DNA from: Octopus vulgaris
Taxonomy: Eukaryota
Direction: 5' to 3'
Length of the DNA stretch: 64,000 bases
Assembly: GCA_951406725.2 (NCBI GenBank)
Contig: OX597818.1
Span: 34,844,001-34,908,000 of the forward strand
Shown here piece by piece: positions 1 through 14,002 of this stretch (position 1 is the first letter of the stretch; each line of letters opens with the position of its first letter). A program made the translations under genes and the position numbers. The notes under the pieces are model-generated. The model saw nothing but the letters and a program-made list of their open reading frames with translations, made no database searches and had not been told where the DNA came from.

Positions 1-24
1 CTTTAACTAACACTGTACAGATAT

Positions 25-420
25 AAGAAGCCTGTCATATACATGTGTATGTGTGTGTTTCTGTGAATGCATTTGCATTTCCTCTCAATGTGTGATTACT
101 CAGTAATTGCAAACAATAGCTTTGCTAACATTGTCATTTGTTTGCAGTCCACTGTGAGAGCATGTTCAGGCTTCTTGACATGTTTTACTATCTTTGTAAA
201 CAAAAAGCTTACCACCCATGCAGTACTGTTTTGTTTCCAGTTCTCTAATTTAACATGTCTGAGATTTTAGTTATTTGATTGACTGGAAGAGATTATTACC
301 TCATTTAGAATCAAGTGGGTATGGGCAACAGGAAGGACATTCAGCCATGGAAAACTCTGCTCCAACTTATTTTCGTCTGACCTATACATGCATGGAAAAG
401 TAAACATTAAAATGATGAGG
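25..420 (+). mobile_element. Tail-B SINE remnant at the window start
   Basis: AAGAAGCCTGTC + (TG)n ... CAGGAAGGACATTCAGCC...CATGGAAAAGTAAACATTAAAATGATG. Confidence 0.55.
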
Positions 421-455
421 GTAGTAGCAATGGTAGCAGTGATGGTGGTGGTGGT

Positions 456-688
456 GGTGCGAACTGGCAGAAACGTTAGCACGCCGGGTGAAATGCGTAG
501 CCGTATTTCGTCTGCCGTTACGTTCTGAGTTCAAATTCCGCCGAGGTCGACTTTGCCTTTCATCCTTTCAGGGTCGATTAAATAAGCACCAGTTACGCAC
601 TGGGGTCGATGTAATCGACTTAATCCGTTTGTCTGTCCTTGTTTGTCCTCTCTGTGTTTAGCCCCTTGTGGGTAGTAAAGAAATAGGT
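456..688 (+). mobile_element. tRNA-derived SINE family 1 (young, CpG-rich copy)
   Basis: Box A-like TGGCAGAAACGTTAG, box B GAGTTCAAATTCC, central GCCTTTCATCCTTTC.GGGTCGAT.AAATAAG.ACCAG motif; many decayed copies in the window. Confidence 0.85.
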
Positions 689-2409
689 GGTGCTGCTGCT
701 GTTACTGATGTATGTATGTTTCTGTGATTGCTTTGAAGACATCAGTGGGTGATGACTATTTTACAGGGATTAGTAAAATAATTTAACAATGAATTTAAAA
801 ACAAGAGACTGCATAAAACGAAATATGATAATTATATAATTATCCTAATCATTATATAAAATGAAAGTAGGGCTTTCTTTAAAACTAAACTTACATTGCT
901 TCTAATTGTCATAATAGGTAAGTTTAGTAAAATTTAGTGATCATATTTTTTTTGACATAGTTGAACTGTGAAGTAAACTTGTTCTGGATCATTTAGTTGA
1001 GAGCCAGGATGAAAGCTGTATTTTAAAATGGTTTGATATTTGCCCCATATATAGTCATGTTTTACGTAATACCACAGTGTCTAATTTAAAAGCAAAATCT
1101 CTTCTTTCATTGGCTTCTTTCGAAGGTACCAGCCATAGCTTTTCATGTACTTGGGTAGAGGAACAAAACAAGTTCAGTAGTTTTCCTACAAAATATCTGT
1201 AGCTTGTATGAGGTAGTGAAGCAAATTGAATCTTATTTTGAATATTCATATTCATTCTTGGTGCTTATACACTTGCGATAGTTTATTTTAAAATAGTTGC
1301 AATTTGTTATAGCCTTCTATCCATTTTCTAGTTGTTATGACAAAGTGATATTGAAATTAATAAATAAGAATAATTGCTCCAAAATTTAAACCTCTCATTT
1401 GCAGACAAAATGTTTATATTCATATATCTGTTGTGCCTCTATTATCCTGTTATGATTTATCAAAATTTGAATTTCATTTTGTGTGTGTGTGTGTGTGTGT
1501 TCTTTGTATTTGAAATGTATATGTATCTTTATAGGAAATTTATACTGCTAAATATTTATATATAAAACTTCATAAGTGGTAATAACTTAGAAGTGGGATG
1601 TTGATATGAATTCAATTTCATGATTACATTACATTTCATCCCCCTCTTTAATTATATGCTCTAGAAGTTCTAATTATTAGAATTGAGTCCAGCTGATCTA
1701 TTTCCATGCCACTTTACTGATAATGCTATATATACTACTGTTAACCTTGCATTTTACTGATAAGGAACAGCTAACATTAGCTTTAAACTTTTTTTTGTGA
1801 AAGCTCATTTAAACCTTTCCTATTCTATACATGTACACAGTAAAAGCAAAACCAAGACATAAATAAAAAAAAAACTCACTTCACACTTTCTGTTGAAGTA
1901 TAATTTTCTAGTTTTTATTTTTCCCTACTATTGATATCTTTTCTCTAAGAGTCAGTGCTACATACTAATAACTGGCAATAGTTAACATATCTAACCATTC
2001 CTACAAATCTTTTAGGAACTGCACTAAAATGTAAACTTTAAGTTAATGAAAGTAAAAATAGCCATCAGAAGTGAGCTAAGGCAGACATACGAGACATTTA
2101 TTGGCTAATAATGATGGCATGACCGTCTACTGTTAATTGCATAGTGGTCTTGTTAACTAGTGATTATCAAATTGAAATCAAACTTATTGAATCATTTAAT
2201 TCTGAGCTTGTGAAGCCAAGTCTTAATTTGATGTCTCGAGGAACATGACTTTAAATATTGTATTGAATTGTGTCTTTGGGTAAAGCATATGTCTGTCTTA
2301 TTAGTTTCATTTCTTGATAAGAATATCTCATAATTAGTAGCTGATTTCAAAACTTTGCTCTAAGAACAGTTATTGTTTGCTGTTGGTAGTAGAAAGAGAG
2401 GGAAGAATA

Positions 2410-2623
2410 CCCTTTTGGTACCAACACATTTGAAATTGCCCTAGTTCTGATACAAACTCCATCTTTCAAAATGATCTTAATTAAAATTTTATGTAAGAAT
2501 TTCGTGCTAATTTATGTTCCAAACGCCAGTTCAATTATGACAAACTTATTTTAATAAATTCTTTATTTTTAAAATTAATTGAAATAAAGACTGTATTTCA
2601 GTAGAAATATGGTAACAAAATGG
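2410..2623 (-). mobile_element. Older, diverged relative of the TTAA MITE
   Basis: CCCTTTTGGTACCAAC ... GGTAACAAAATGG|TTAA ends and similar internal blocks (TAATTTATGTTCC, ATGACAAACTTATTTT). Confidence 0.6.
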
Positions 2624-3744
2624 TTAATTAAGCAGCTTATAGGTTCCATAAACTAACGACTTGTTGAAAGCCACTGAAAACTTCATCAATATCATGAGTT
2701 CATTTCCTCTCAATATTGCAATATAGATTTGAATTCAGTATTGTTTTAATACTAGTACAGATTGTTCATTGCACTAAACTTCACCACCATTATTGTACCT
2801 CTTTCATGCTTGCAACTTGTCTTATCATAGGATTGCAGTTTAAAGTTTTCTTGGAACAAATCAACAACACTTGACTGAGAGGATATCAGGCTACTTTTTT
2901 TTTACCGTTGGTTAAAACTAAACTCAACTGTACACTCTGAGAAGTATATCAATGTACTATTCCTATGGCAAACTTCCAGTGCATTTTAGCCATGAGCCAC
3001 TTGAGACACTTGTTTTGTTAGTTTAGTTAGAGGAGGGAGGGTAACACCAATGACGTTTTGCTTGACCTTGAGACTGGTGGGGCATAAAGAGGAAGATATA
3101 AACTTATTCTCAGACCTAACACCAGGTCTGAATACTTACACCACAAGGAACTCTCCTAAAGTTACCTGAGAGCCAGGTAGCATTGGACTGTGTTAATCTA
3201 TGTGACAGATTAAGTTTTCCACTCCAAAACATGTATTCTTTCCATTCACCAAATTTCATTCTCAAGGCTTGGGTTAAGACACTTGCCCAAAGTGCTGAAA
3301 ACTAGGATCAAACCCAGAAACAGGTGATTGCAAACTTCTTAACCACTTAGCCGTGCATACATTCATGTTGCCCAGACAAACTCATTTCACTATTTATGAG
3401 ACAAATTGTATCTATCCTGCTCATGAGATAAATTGTTATTACACCATCTATGATACTCACTATCAATCATAGTAATATACATAAGACTCATTGTCAGTAA
3501 GAAAGAGATAAATTTCCATTGATATGAAGCACACCATTAGTTAACTACTTTTGAGATATATTGTTAGTGCATTGCACATGTGATAAGTCGTCGTTGTTAG
3601 CACATCAGGGACAGTGTGCTTATAAGATAGATGTAGTATAGTCAGTGCCCTGTAGTATGATCAGACTGGTTATATGTCGTACTTTCATTCCACTGCATAT
3701 GAGCTAAAGTGTCAAAGTATATTTAAGACATCGACATTGCTGAA

Positions 3745-4005
3745 GTGGAGGTGCATGGCTTAGTGGTTAAAGTGTTGAACTCATGATCGTAAGATTGTGG
3801 TTTCAATTCCTGGACCAGGCGATGCATTGTGTTCTTGAGCAAAACACTTCATTTCATGTTGCTCCAGTCCACTTGGCTGGCAAAAGTGAGTAATCGTGTG
3901 ACAGACTGGCATCCCATCCAGGGAGGGGGGAATACATATACCATGAAACTGGGAAACCAGCCCTTGTGTGTCGGCATGATTCAAGAAAGTAACTTTACCT
4001 TTACT
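3745..4005 (+). mobile_element. tRNA-derived SINE family 2
   Basis: TGGCTTAGTGGTTA box A, GGTTTCAATTCC box B, TTGTGTTCTTGAGCAAAACACTT core; copies at 27835 and 37886. Confidence 0.85.
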
Positions 4006-4364
4006 TGCATTGCTGATGAACTGTACATGTGAGATATATAAACAAAGTGAGACATATGTGTTACTGGCTGTTTTTAACTGAACTTTTAGTATTTTTTCTC
4101 CTAAGGATCCAAAACAATTTGAGTAAATATATTTATTAATTTTTATTGGCTCGGTAGTAATACTTGCTTACATTCTATAGCATCTTCATTTGTATTCTGG
4201 TGAAATCAATAAACAATTTTATCCTATGACATAATGTTATCCTATAACATTAAATTTTAGTTAAAATAAGGCTTAAAAAAATATGATATTGCTGCTGAGG
4301 ATATCATCATCCTCATCACCACCAACAACACCACACATTGGTTTTTTTATGTTTATACAGATTG

Positions 4365-4800
4365 GCCATGTCTTCTTCACCTCAGTGCCTCATCACTTGT
4401 TGCACATCTTTGTCATTCCCTTCATGCTGTTCATCTTCTTGAGACCAGCCTTCACTATCCTTGGTCTTCCTCATAAGCAAGTTCCTCCCACTTGGATCAC
4501 TTGATACATCTTTACCCAATTGTCATCTTCTATATATATCCATACTCTTACTCATACCAGTTCAGTCTTCTCTCTTGCACTCTTCGTGTGAATGCTCTTA
4601 TATTCCATTTTTCTCTCAACTCATTTGTGTTTCATCATTCATGCACACTAACATTACACATCCAGTAGAGCATGCTCGCTTCATTTCTTTCTTGCTTTCA
4701 TGCATTTTTCACTCTTAATACTCATGTTTAGCTACCACACAGCATTGTATATAAGCATCATACAATCTCTCCTTCACAAGCAGATACAATGACTCAATCT
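4365..4800 (-). mobile_element. Decayed RTE-like LINE 3' fragment
   Basis: Minus strand carries a GRPR remnant (TCCTTGGTCTTCC on +) and purine-rich LINE-like composition. Confidence 0.4.
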
Positions 4801-5279
4801 TTGATAATATAGTGATGTATTCTCACAAGTAGTATCAGTAGTAGTAGCAGCAACAGCAGCAGTAGCAGCACTTTCTGTCATGGTCTCATTAACCACAACT
4901 TATTTCAGGGACTGGTTTAGTCAGCTGATTTCACTAATGTTCATAATCATACTTGATTATTGATGACAATAATGAGGGTTGCAAAGCCAATTAAACCCAG
5001 CTGCTATTTGAATTCAGAAAACATAAAGATGAATTTAGAAACTGTTTGGTATTTAGTCCAGCATTCTTCTATTTTTGCTCTGTTTCATCTTAGTCGCCGG
5101 TTGAAGTCAGAGTGTGGTTAACTTTACTTTGCGACTATGTACCTTTGGATTTATTCTCACTTGGCAGCACATTAGGCTATATCTTCTATCATACTTGCAG
5201 GCTAACCAAAGTCTTGTCTGGATGCTCATCAAAGAAGTCATTCTTGGTTTTAAGTGGTTGACTTATTCTGTTCATTCAT

Positions 5280-5680
5280 TTCATTTCATTTACTTGTTTC
5301 AGTCATTTGACTGTGGCCATGCTGGAGCACCACCTTTAGTCGAGCAAATCGACCCCAGGACTTATTCTTTGTAAGCCTAGTATTTATTCTATCAGTCTCT
5401 TTTGCCGAACCGCTAAGTTACGGGGATGTAAAGACACCAGCATCGGTTGTCAAGCGATGTTGGGGGAGGGTGGCAAACACAACACACAAACATACACATA
5501 TATATATACACATATACGACGGGCTTCTTTCGGTTTCCGTCTCCCAAATCCACTCACAAGGCTTTGGTCTGCCCAAGTCTATAGTAGAAGACACTTGCCC
5601 AAGGTGCCACGCAGTGGGACTGAACCCGGAACCATGTGGTTCGTAAGCAAGCTACTTACCACACAGCCACTCCTACGCCT
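5280..5680 (-). mobile_element. tRNA-derived SINE family 3 (head + internal microsatellite + tail A)
   Basis: Minus-strand head GGAGTGGCTGTGTGGTAAG...GGTTCAGTCCC...CCTTGGGCAAGTGTCTTCTAC; near-identical copy at 36540. Confidence 0.88.
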
Positions 5681-8600
5681 ATTTTACACCTATGTTGCCT
5701 GTTTTAACACTCCATTTTGTTCTTAGATGACTTTAACTTTGTACATTCTACTATAAGCATTTAGACCTGTTTTTTTTTTCTTGTAAGAATTAGGACAAAA
5801 AACAGATTGTGAGAGCTGCCCTTCCTCTTCTGGTTGAGTCATATGTATAAAAAGTTAATATAATTGATCTTGTTTTTTTTTTATTTGTATGTATCATATA
5901 TTCAGCATCATTGAAGTATTCTGATAGTGTTGATAAATCCTTCTTAGCTCTTTTACTTTGTCAACTTGTGTATGCTTTGATGCTCAGCCATGTCTTCTAC
6001 TTCAAATCAATCATTTAAAACTACTGTCACTCCTAAGTCATGGATATAACACTTTCTGTTTGTATTTTACACATCAGGCATCATCTCTCTATACACAACC
6101 TCTACAGTACCTGCCAGGCTTCCTAAATATTCTACAATATAGTTTTGGCCACTTGGCCCATTTCAATATAAGTAATCCTGACACTGTGTATCTCAAGGAA
6201 ATAATATTAATAAATCCTATGTTGAATGCTTTTTCCAGTCCTTCTTCTTTGGCATTGCATCACTTTAAAACTTTCTGCTCACATTTATTCCCAATTTTTA
6301 ATTTACTGCAATTTATATTTGATGTCCTCACCTCTTACACTCATATATGTTGAACTCAAAGACATAAAATAGTTTTGGATACTGTTTCTCTGCTTCAGAA
6401 TAACAAATTCGTATTATTTGTAGATCTATGTGAGTGAAGTAGTGAGTATATAGTGGGGTTGTGTAGAGGGCAGAGATATAAAGAAATTAGTGACTAACAT
6501 CCTAATTCAAATTAGCTAGTACTGAACATGAATATTTGCTTTCCTTAACACTTTGAATATTTTCTTGGTAAGAATTATTCTACTTTTAATTATTTCTATC
6601 CCTAGATCATGACTTCCAGAAGTCTGTGTTTATCATTTGCTTTGTCAAGCAAATTGTTGCTTTTAAAGTGTAAGCTATTGTTAGTAACACAAATGACAAT
6701 GAAATTCTAGGAATTTCCCTGTCATTTGTATTGCTGCCAGCTACCTTGCTTAAACAATACTAAATTTTGTATTTACCAAACAGCACCATTCCATGCTTGT
6801 CAAACAACATGCATGTTTAATACTGTCAATTAGCATTCAACATTGTTTTCCTTTTGTTGGAAAAAACTTTCACAGCTAGCTGTTAAAATTCAACTGAGAT
6901 AATTTCAACCATTTGCACAAAATAAAGACTTTAGCAAATTCTTATTTGTAGATATCTGTGGTGAGTTGGCCAAATTTTTAAAGTGTTGACTAGATGTTTT
7001 TGTGATAGTTCTCTGCACTCTGAGTTCAAATTTTGCTGAGCTCAACTTCATGTTTCTTCTTTCAGAGTCCAATAAATAAGTACCTGCTCATGGGTGTTCT
7101 ACCCTACTTAAGCCATTCACTCCCTATGGAGCATAGGTCATCGATGATTTTTCTCTTCTGTTAGATTCAAATTGTCATTGATGCTTCTGTAACATGTTTC
7201 CTTGATGAGTATGTTGGCCTTATGCAAACCCATTTTTACCTCTGGGAAGAGGTGGTCCATTTAAGTCTGGTTTCTATCCTTTGACTTATTCAACATGGAA
7301 GGCCCTACTAGGAGCTTGCACACCATTGACATTGAGACACCCAAGCCACTGTACAGCAGTAAGAATTGGACTTAATAGTAGCTGCTCAGAGTGCCAGACA
7401 TGATACATTGTGAAATTTGTTCTGGCTCTTTCAGTTCTGACAGTAATGCCTGTGTTGATACACAACCTACACTCTGTTGGACATCATCAATGGCTTGAAG
7501 AGTAGAGATTTCCATGCATGGATGGTTAGTTTTCCATAAAAAATCCTTGCCTTATGTTCCAGTTTGGAGAGGAACTTTCCTGGTATAGATCCCTGAACTC
7601 AAGAGAAGTAAGGAGGCTTTAGATGTGGAATTTTCAAAATAAAATTATTTTAACACGTAAACAAATTTAGTATATAAAGGCAAAGTCACACACCCCATTT
7701 TTGTTGGCTGGTTTCCTTCTTTCTGCATTTCTATTGGAATTTGAAACTAGAAAGTGATAGCATGCTGAGAGAGGTGGAAGAAAGAGAAAGTGGTATAATA
7801 GGAGACAGGTGAGAGATCAACAATGTGGTGGAGGGGAGAGGAGAAAGAGAGAGACAGCAGTTAACCCAACAAGTGAGATCAACCATCAGGTGAGAAGACA
7901 TTTGAATTTAAGTAGATATGGAAGAAAAGAGAGTGTAAGTGTTTGCATCAACAAGAGAGAGGTGGAATGAAGAATGATACAACCCTGCACTGGAAAGGAG
8001 GAAATAGTGAGGTAACATGATAAAATAATAGTGGTATATGTAGTAAACCAATGTGAGAGGAGAAAGGAGAGAGGTTCTTCTATAATATTGAAGTGCATAT
8101 GAGTAGGAAAATATTGGGAAATGAAGAGAAGTGGAGGGAAATATTTTGTTTAAGAAAGAAGAGTGAGGATTATATATATGTATGTATGTATTAAATTATC
8201 TCCATTGAAATTGGTTCAGTGGAAGTGGCTCTGTTTCATATTTATCTTTATATTCAATACTAATACAAGTGTTGAGTTGTATAGCTTTTTAAAAAAATTA
8301 GCACAAAGATTGTTTTGATTTTAGATCATTATCAAGGGTACTTGATAATGAACTGTGGTCAAAACAGTTGTTGTGGTAGTTTTTAAATAAATTTATGTGT
8401 GGTAGGGATGGGGACTGTGGTGTGGCTTGATGGGGTCACAATCTTAAGGTTGTTTCATTCTTAGACCAGAAAAGAAAAAGGTCAGCTGAGTTCAGAATAG
8501 TTAAGAAGATAAAGGATAAAAGGAATTCTCTGTGTTACTTTTTGGTGGCATGGACATTCATGACAAATACTCTGTTTATAGGTGAGAGACTGTGGGAAAA

Positions 8601-8834
8601 TAATTGTTAAACACCATTTTTTTCCAGTTGAAAACTCTCAGAACAACAAAGGGTACAAAATATAAATTTCTGATCCTCTTGCATTTTGGCCTGCCTTACA
8701 ATAATAATCAAAGAAATTAGTAATCTTGAGAAGACTTGAAGCAAACACTTAGAGCTGACCCACTTAGAGTTAATCTAAGGTCATAATATATGTCAGTAGA
8801 CCCTATTCATAATAGAAATTGGTAGAGGTCAATT

Positions 8835-9042
8835 GAGCTGGCAGAATCATTAGTGTGCCAAGCAAAATCCCTAGCAGCAATTCACCTGTCTTTACATTCT
8901 GAGTTCAAATTCCACCAAGGTTAACTAAGCCTCTCTTCCTTTCAGGGTCAATAAAATAAATATCAGCTAAGCACTGAGGTAGATGTAATTGACTTAACCT
9001 CTCTCTAAACTTGCTGACCTTGTGTCAAAATTCGAAACCAAT
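8835..9042 (+). mobile_element. SINE family 1 copy
   Basis: GAGCTGGCAGAATCATTAG...GAGTTCAAATTCC...CCTTTCAGGGTCAATAAAATAA. Confidence 0.75.
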
Positions 9043-9597
9043 ATTTATGTGCGAATGTAACAATAGAATACACTTACACTTGTGACTTTACTTCTTCAGA
9101 CCCTGAAAGGTACCTAGAAGTTCAATAACTTCTGTAAAGTCATTCTTCTAATTAAACTTTGGGCATTAAATTTTTATCTTTGGCTATCATTGATGGTTTA
9201 ATAGTTTCTTTTTTTTTCTTAGCTGTGGCATTAACAGATGTCAGAAGCATCAGCTCAATTTTCCATGTTTATTCAATCTTCCAAATTGACATTTCTACAT
9301 AAATAATTAGATCTTCTAATTGAAAATTTCTTTATGCATCCTTTATCTCAAGAATTCTAAATAAATTGTTTCTTTTAATTGAAATAGTTAGATTGCTAAA
9401 ACCAATTAAAAACAAAAAGAAAACAATAAACAAACCTTCTATGAAATGTATACATGTTTCTGTATGGCTTTAATGAACTGATCATATTGGTTTTTTGACA
9501 TTAAAATATTTTTAAAGTAAATCTAATTTTAATGGAATGAACCTATGGTATTATAACTGTCAACATCAGATTCAATATCAAAAATTTGATTTGTTGT

Positions 9598-10052
9598 CAT
9601 CATTATCCTTTTAACATCCACTTTTCCATGCATGTATGGGCCAGGCAGAATTCATTGATGCAGATTTTCTAAAGCCTGAAGCCCTTTCTGTTGTCATCTG
9701 TTTTTTCAAGCTAGATGATACTTAACCATGGCTGGACATGTTTTTGTGGAAGACCGGAAATGAGAGACACCACTTGTATGATAGTGACAGTTATTACTGT
9801 GGAATGATGTAGAGAGAGAAATACATAAACACACACACACACGCATGCACGCACACACACACACAACACACACACACACACAACACACACACAAAATTGG
9901 CTTCTTTCATTTACTGTCTACCAGATCCACAAGGCTTTCAGTAGACCATGGCTATGTAGAAGACACTTGCCCTAAGTGTCATGCTGTAGGACTGAACCCG
10001 AAATCATGTGGTTAGGAATCAGACTTTTTAACCATGCAGCCATGCCTACACC
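9598..10052 (-). mobile_element. SINE family 3 head with alternative tail B
   Basis: Family 3 head at 9900-10050, (CA)n, then tail AACATCCACTTTTCCATGC ending in (CAT)n. Confidence 0.7.
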
Positions 10053-10074
10053 TATAATGATTATAATAATTGTT

Positions 10075-10285
10075 TCTAACATAGGCACAAGGCTGGACAT
10101 TTGAAGGGAGAGTTAGTCAGGTGAATCAACCCCAGTGCTTTATTGGTACTTGTTTTTATTGACTTTAAAGAGATAAAAAGCAAAGTGGACATCAGCAAAT
10201 TTGAACCCGGGATGTAAAAAATTGGAACAAATACTACAAGGCATTTTGTTTGATGCTTTAATGATTCTGCCAATCTACTGCCCAA
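10075..10285 (-). mobile_element. SINE family 1 copy, reverse orientation
   Basis: Reverse complement of the head (TAATGATTCTGCCA) and box B (ATTTGAACCC). Confidence 0.6.
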
Positions 10286-10634
10286 ATAATGATAATAATT
10301 ATTATGGTTTCTTTCTTGTCTTTTAAGGGTATATTTGATGTAATTGACACCATATACACATTCTTTTATTCTTTTACAAATTTTTGTCATTGGATTATAG
10401 CCATTCTTGGACACCACCTTTTAGGCTATAGTATTGATTTTTATTCACTGATGCTTATTTTATCAACCCTGAAAAGATGAAGGGCCTAATTGACTTGAGA
10501 AGGATTTGAACATAGAACATACAGGGGCAGAACTAAAGGTATTTTGTCCAGTACTTTACAGATTCTGCTATCAACGTACCACATAATAATGTAATAATCT
10601 TCTATGCATACTTGATCAGTTAGAATATGTATTT

Positions 10635-10930
10635 CATCATCATCATAATCATCATCATCACTTAATGTCCACTTTCCATGCTGGCATGGGTTGGACGGTT
10701 TGACTGAGGGCTGGCGAGCCAGAAGGCTACACCAGTCTCCAACCTGATCTGGCAAAGTTTCTACAGATGGATGCCTTCCTAACACCAATCACTCTAAGAG
10801 TGTAGTGGATACTTTTATGTGCCACCAGCACAAGGGCCAGTCAAGTGGTACTGGCATTGGTCACGCTCAAATGGTGCTTTTTATGTGCCACCAGCACAGG
10901 AGCCATTCCGGTGGCACCGGCATGGGAACC
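10635..10930 (-). mobile_element. SINE/retroposon family 4 with (ATG)n tail
   Basis: (CAT)n TTAATGTCCACTTTCCATGCTGGCATGGGTTGGACGG...GGATGCCTTCCTAAC...GTGCCACC; multiple copies in the window. Confidence 0.8.
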
Positions 10931-12291
10931 AGTTAGTGGCCCTTGTGATATAATCATAGCTAAGGTTAGAAATATCTAGTTTCTGTGTGTTGAAATTTAG
11001 TGGGATGTGAAAGATCTTATAGGACTTAGTTTGAAAAGGATCTTTTAATAGTGATTCTTTTGCTCTTGAGAAGTGACTTCTCAAATTGAAATGAGGCAGA
11101 AGTTATAACACCTTTCATTGTGATAATCAGTTGAAAGGTATTTCTTTCCTCTGCACTTAGGAATCCTAGAATATTGCAATTTTTCTCCATATAAAAAAAA
11201 TTTGAAAATAACATTGAAATGTTACAAAACATTTGTCAGTTTTACTCTTTTGCTTTGAGCCATTGACACCCAAGTGAAATTGTCAGAGATATATCTCAGT
11301 ATCAGTGATAGGTAGAACTTGTTGATATTTGTTTGGCCTTTCAGTATCCAAATAGTTTGGCAAAATACAGAGATTGATGAATTTATAACCATAAATTTCT
11401 TAGCAATTTAACAGACTTATGATGACATATCTGCTTATGTATTGCTCACCTGGAGTGATCATACTTGAACAGAATATCTTTTATTGTTAGTATTAAACAC
11501 TGTATGTTGAAAATATATGTATATGTAAGAAAGAATAAAAGATAAGATGAAGCATATCGTTCCTGATTGTAATATAAATTAAGACACAATGCACATGCTT
11601 TGTGATGGATTCATCTGGTGTGTACATCTTTGTGTAGATACATGCATGAATAAACACAAACACACACACACACTCTCTTTCTCTCTCTCTCTCTCTCTTA
11701 TGTTATAAACATTGTGATAAAATATTTTTTACAAATTCCTAAATATATACATTGAAACCAGCTGGAAATAATTCTTTGATGCTTATTTCATACTGAAAAA
11801 TCTAAACAATGTCCAACTATTCCTTATTTTAGAAATAGAATCAAGTCTTTTACTTACACTTGTTCCAGCCAGAGGCTGTGGACTAAAATGGATTTCTAAT
11901 TTAAAAACAAGAAAACATAATGCACAAATATCTATTATAAACCAATGAACATCAAACAATATTCTATTTACAATTCATGTCAATGAAGGCATGTATATAA
12001 CAACATTCTATATAATTATGTGTGAATATAATGAATTTTTGTTTCCAATCTAGAGTTTGGAAATAAGACTAACTGTATTAAAAACAAATGAAGACACAAA
12101 AATATTTGTCATACTAAAAAGCTTGATGTTTGATATTCAAGATAGTGACTAATTAAACTTATGCATGTATGTATGTATGTACGTACGTACATAGGTATGT
12201 TTGTATGTATGTATGTATCTATGTCCCTAAAGACAATCCCCTGAGGGCCAGATACTTTTAAGATTATTCTTGGTAATCTCTCAATGATTAA

Positions 12292-12513
12292 CCCTTTCGT
12301 TACTGTGTTTATTTTGAGAAGCTCTGTGTTTCTTTCAATTAATTTTAAATATAACAAAGAATTTCATAAAATAACTTAGTTATCATTCAGCGAGTGTTAG
12401 GAACATAAATTGTGATTAAGGTTTAGTGGAAGATTTTAATTCAAAACTTATGGAAACAAGACATTTGTACTACAGAGCCAGAGCCGGTTTCAGCCGGGTT
12501 GGTAACGAAGGGG
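12292..12513 (+). mobile_element. piggyBac-type MITE (TTAA target duplication)
   Basis: TTAA|CCCTTTCGTTAC ... GTAACGAAGGGG|TTAA; second copy at 24774 in the opposite orientation. Confidence 0.88.
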
Positions 12514-13110
12514 TTAAGAGAAATGTGAATGTGTCATTCAAAGCCAGGAAATCTATTCTTAAAAAATGATAAAAGATTAAATTATACTGACTCAGCTTAG
12601 ATTTGATTTCTTGCAACACATTAGTAAGAGGTTAAATCAAAAAGTCTGTTGACCATTTTCAATGTGGTTACATTTGTGAGAAAGCCGTATACATATCTCC
12701 AGACATGGAAGGGCTTTCAGCAGAAAAATTGCTATTTCATACTGTAATAAGAAATTTTGTTGATGTAATTTCGTGATAGGGATTAGATGAGAATTATATT
12801 GATCAGGCAGTATAAATTATGACTGAGAATGACTGCATAAACTATGAATTAAAGAGGGATACAATGCTACCTATATTCACAAATGTGCACTCCACAAAGC
12901 AAATTTTGCAATCATTTTTATAATTAAATTTCACTCCTTTAAACAGTATATTAAATAGAACTAAATTAAGAAACTAGATTTGATATTAAAATTTAATCTA
13001 TAATTTGACAGTTGCATGTTCTAGAAAGAATAATCTTTTACAGGTGGAGGGAAATTGTTCATGTTCTCAAAACACATCTATGATAAATCAGCTATGATTT
13101 TGAAAATAAT

Positions 13111-13136
13111 AAAAAAAAAAAAAAAAAAAAAAAAAA
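13111..13136 (+). repeat. Poly(A) tract
   Basis: Run of 26 A. Confidence 0.95.
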
Positions 13137-13789
13137 GAAACTAAATCTACTGCTGATTTCTAATAAACATTAAGACTGAAAATTTATCCTTGATAATTGT
13201 TAGTGAAACTGATTAAATGTGATTAAATTATTTTCTTTTGTCTGCAGTTTTATTCTTTAATTATAAACTAATTGAATATTACAATTGTACTGAAAACTTG
13301 CACCAAAGCGTTTTGTTGTTATCGCAATAGCATACAGTATTAATCATTATGATGTTGGACATTCAATTTGGATTCTGAAAAAGATTAATTTAAAGTTAAG
13401 GCAGCATCTTTACATGTGTTCTTATCTCATTTTTTTTGCTTCATTTTATATAAGAAGTGTAATCTTATCAAAAATGATGTTGCTACTTGATTTTGATTTT
13501 TTTTTTTTTGGTGTGTTTGTGTGTGTGTGTGTGGTGGTGGTGGTGGTCGGGGTGTCCTCACCTCCAATAACTTCTACCCAAACTGTTCAACATACATCAT
13601 GCATATCGCATCAGTACATTATCTCCCAAACAATCAACAATGCTTTTACTGTTCAATTACTTTCAGAATTCATGCTCAGCACTTCTCTCAAATTTGTATT
13701 GAGCAATCAAATTGATTCATAGAAGTTCTCCAATTTTACTTAATCCTCTGCATTTATTGCCCATGCTCCATTGTTATACAAAAGCATTC

Positions 13790-14002
13790 CTAATCTTGCA
13801 GGCTCGTAGGTGCTGGTGGCCACATAAAAAGCACTCAGTACACTCTGTAAAGTGGCTGGTGTCAAAAGGGGCATCCAGCCATAGAAACGATGCCAAAGCA
13901 GACATGGAGCCTGAGTAGCTTTGCAGCTGGCCAACTCTTGTCAAACCATTCAACCCATACCAGTATGGAAAATGGACTTTAAATGATGAAGATGACGATG
14001 AT
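13790..14002 (+). mobile_element. Family 4 copy
   Basis: GGTGCTGGTGGCCACATAAAAAGCAC...GGGCATCCAGCC...CCAGTATGGAAAATGGAC...(GAT)n. Confidence 0.7.

Noticed and set aside
3745-3820. tRNA-like boxes A and B (also at 460, 5610-5680, 37890)
   Set aside because: These are SINE heads that continue into repeat bodies; no complete cloverleaf.
5958-6353. 131-aa ORF
   Set aside because: No recognisable domain or splice sites; probably decayed retroelement or chance.
9100-9109. CTTCTTCAG|ACCCTGAAAG|GTACCT possible microexon
   Set aside because: 10 nt is frame-shifting, the donor is weak and there is no other support.
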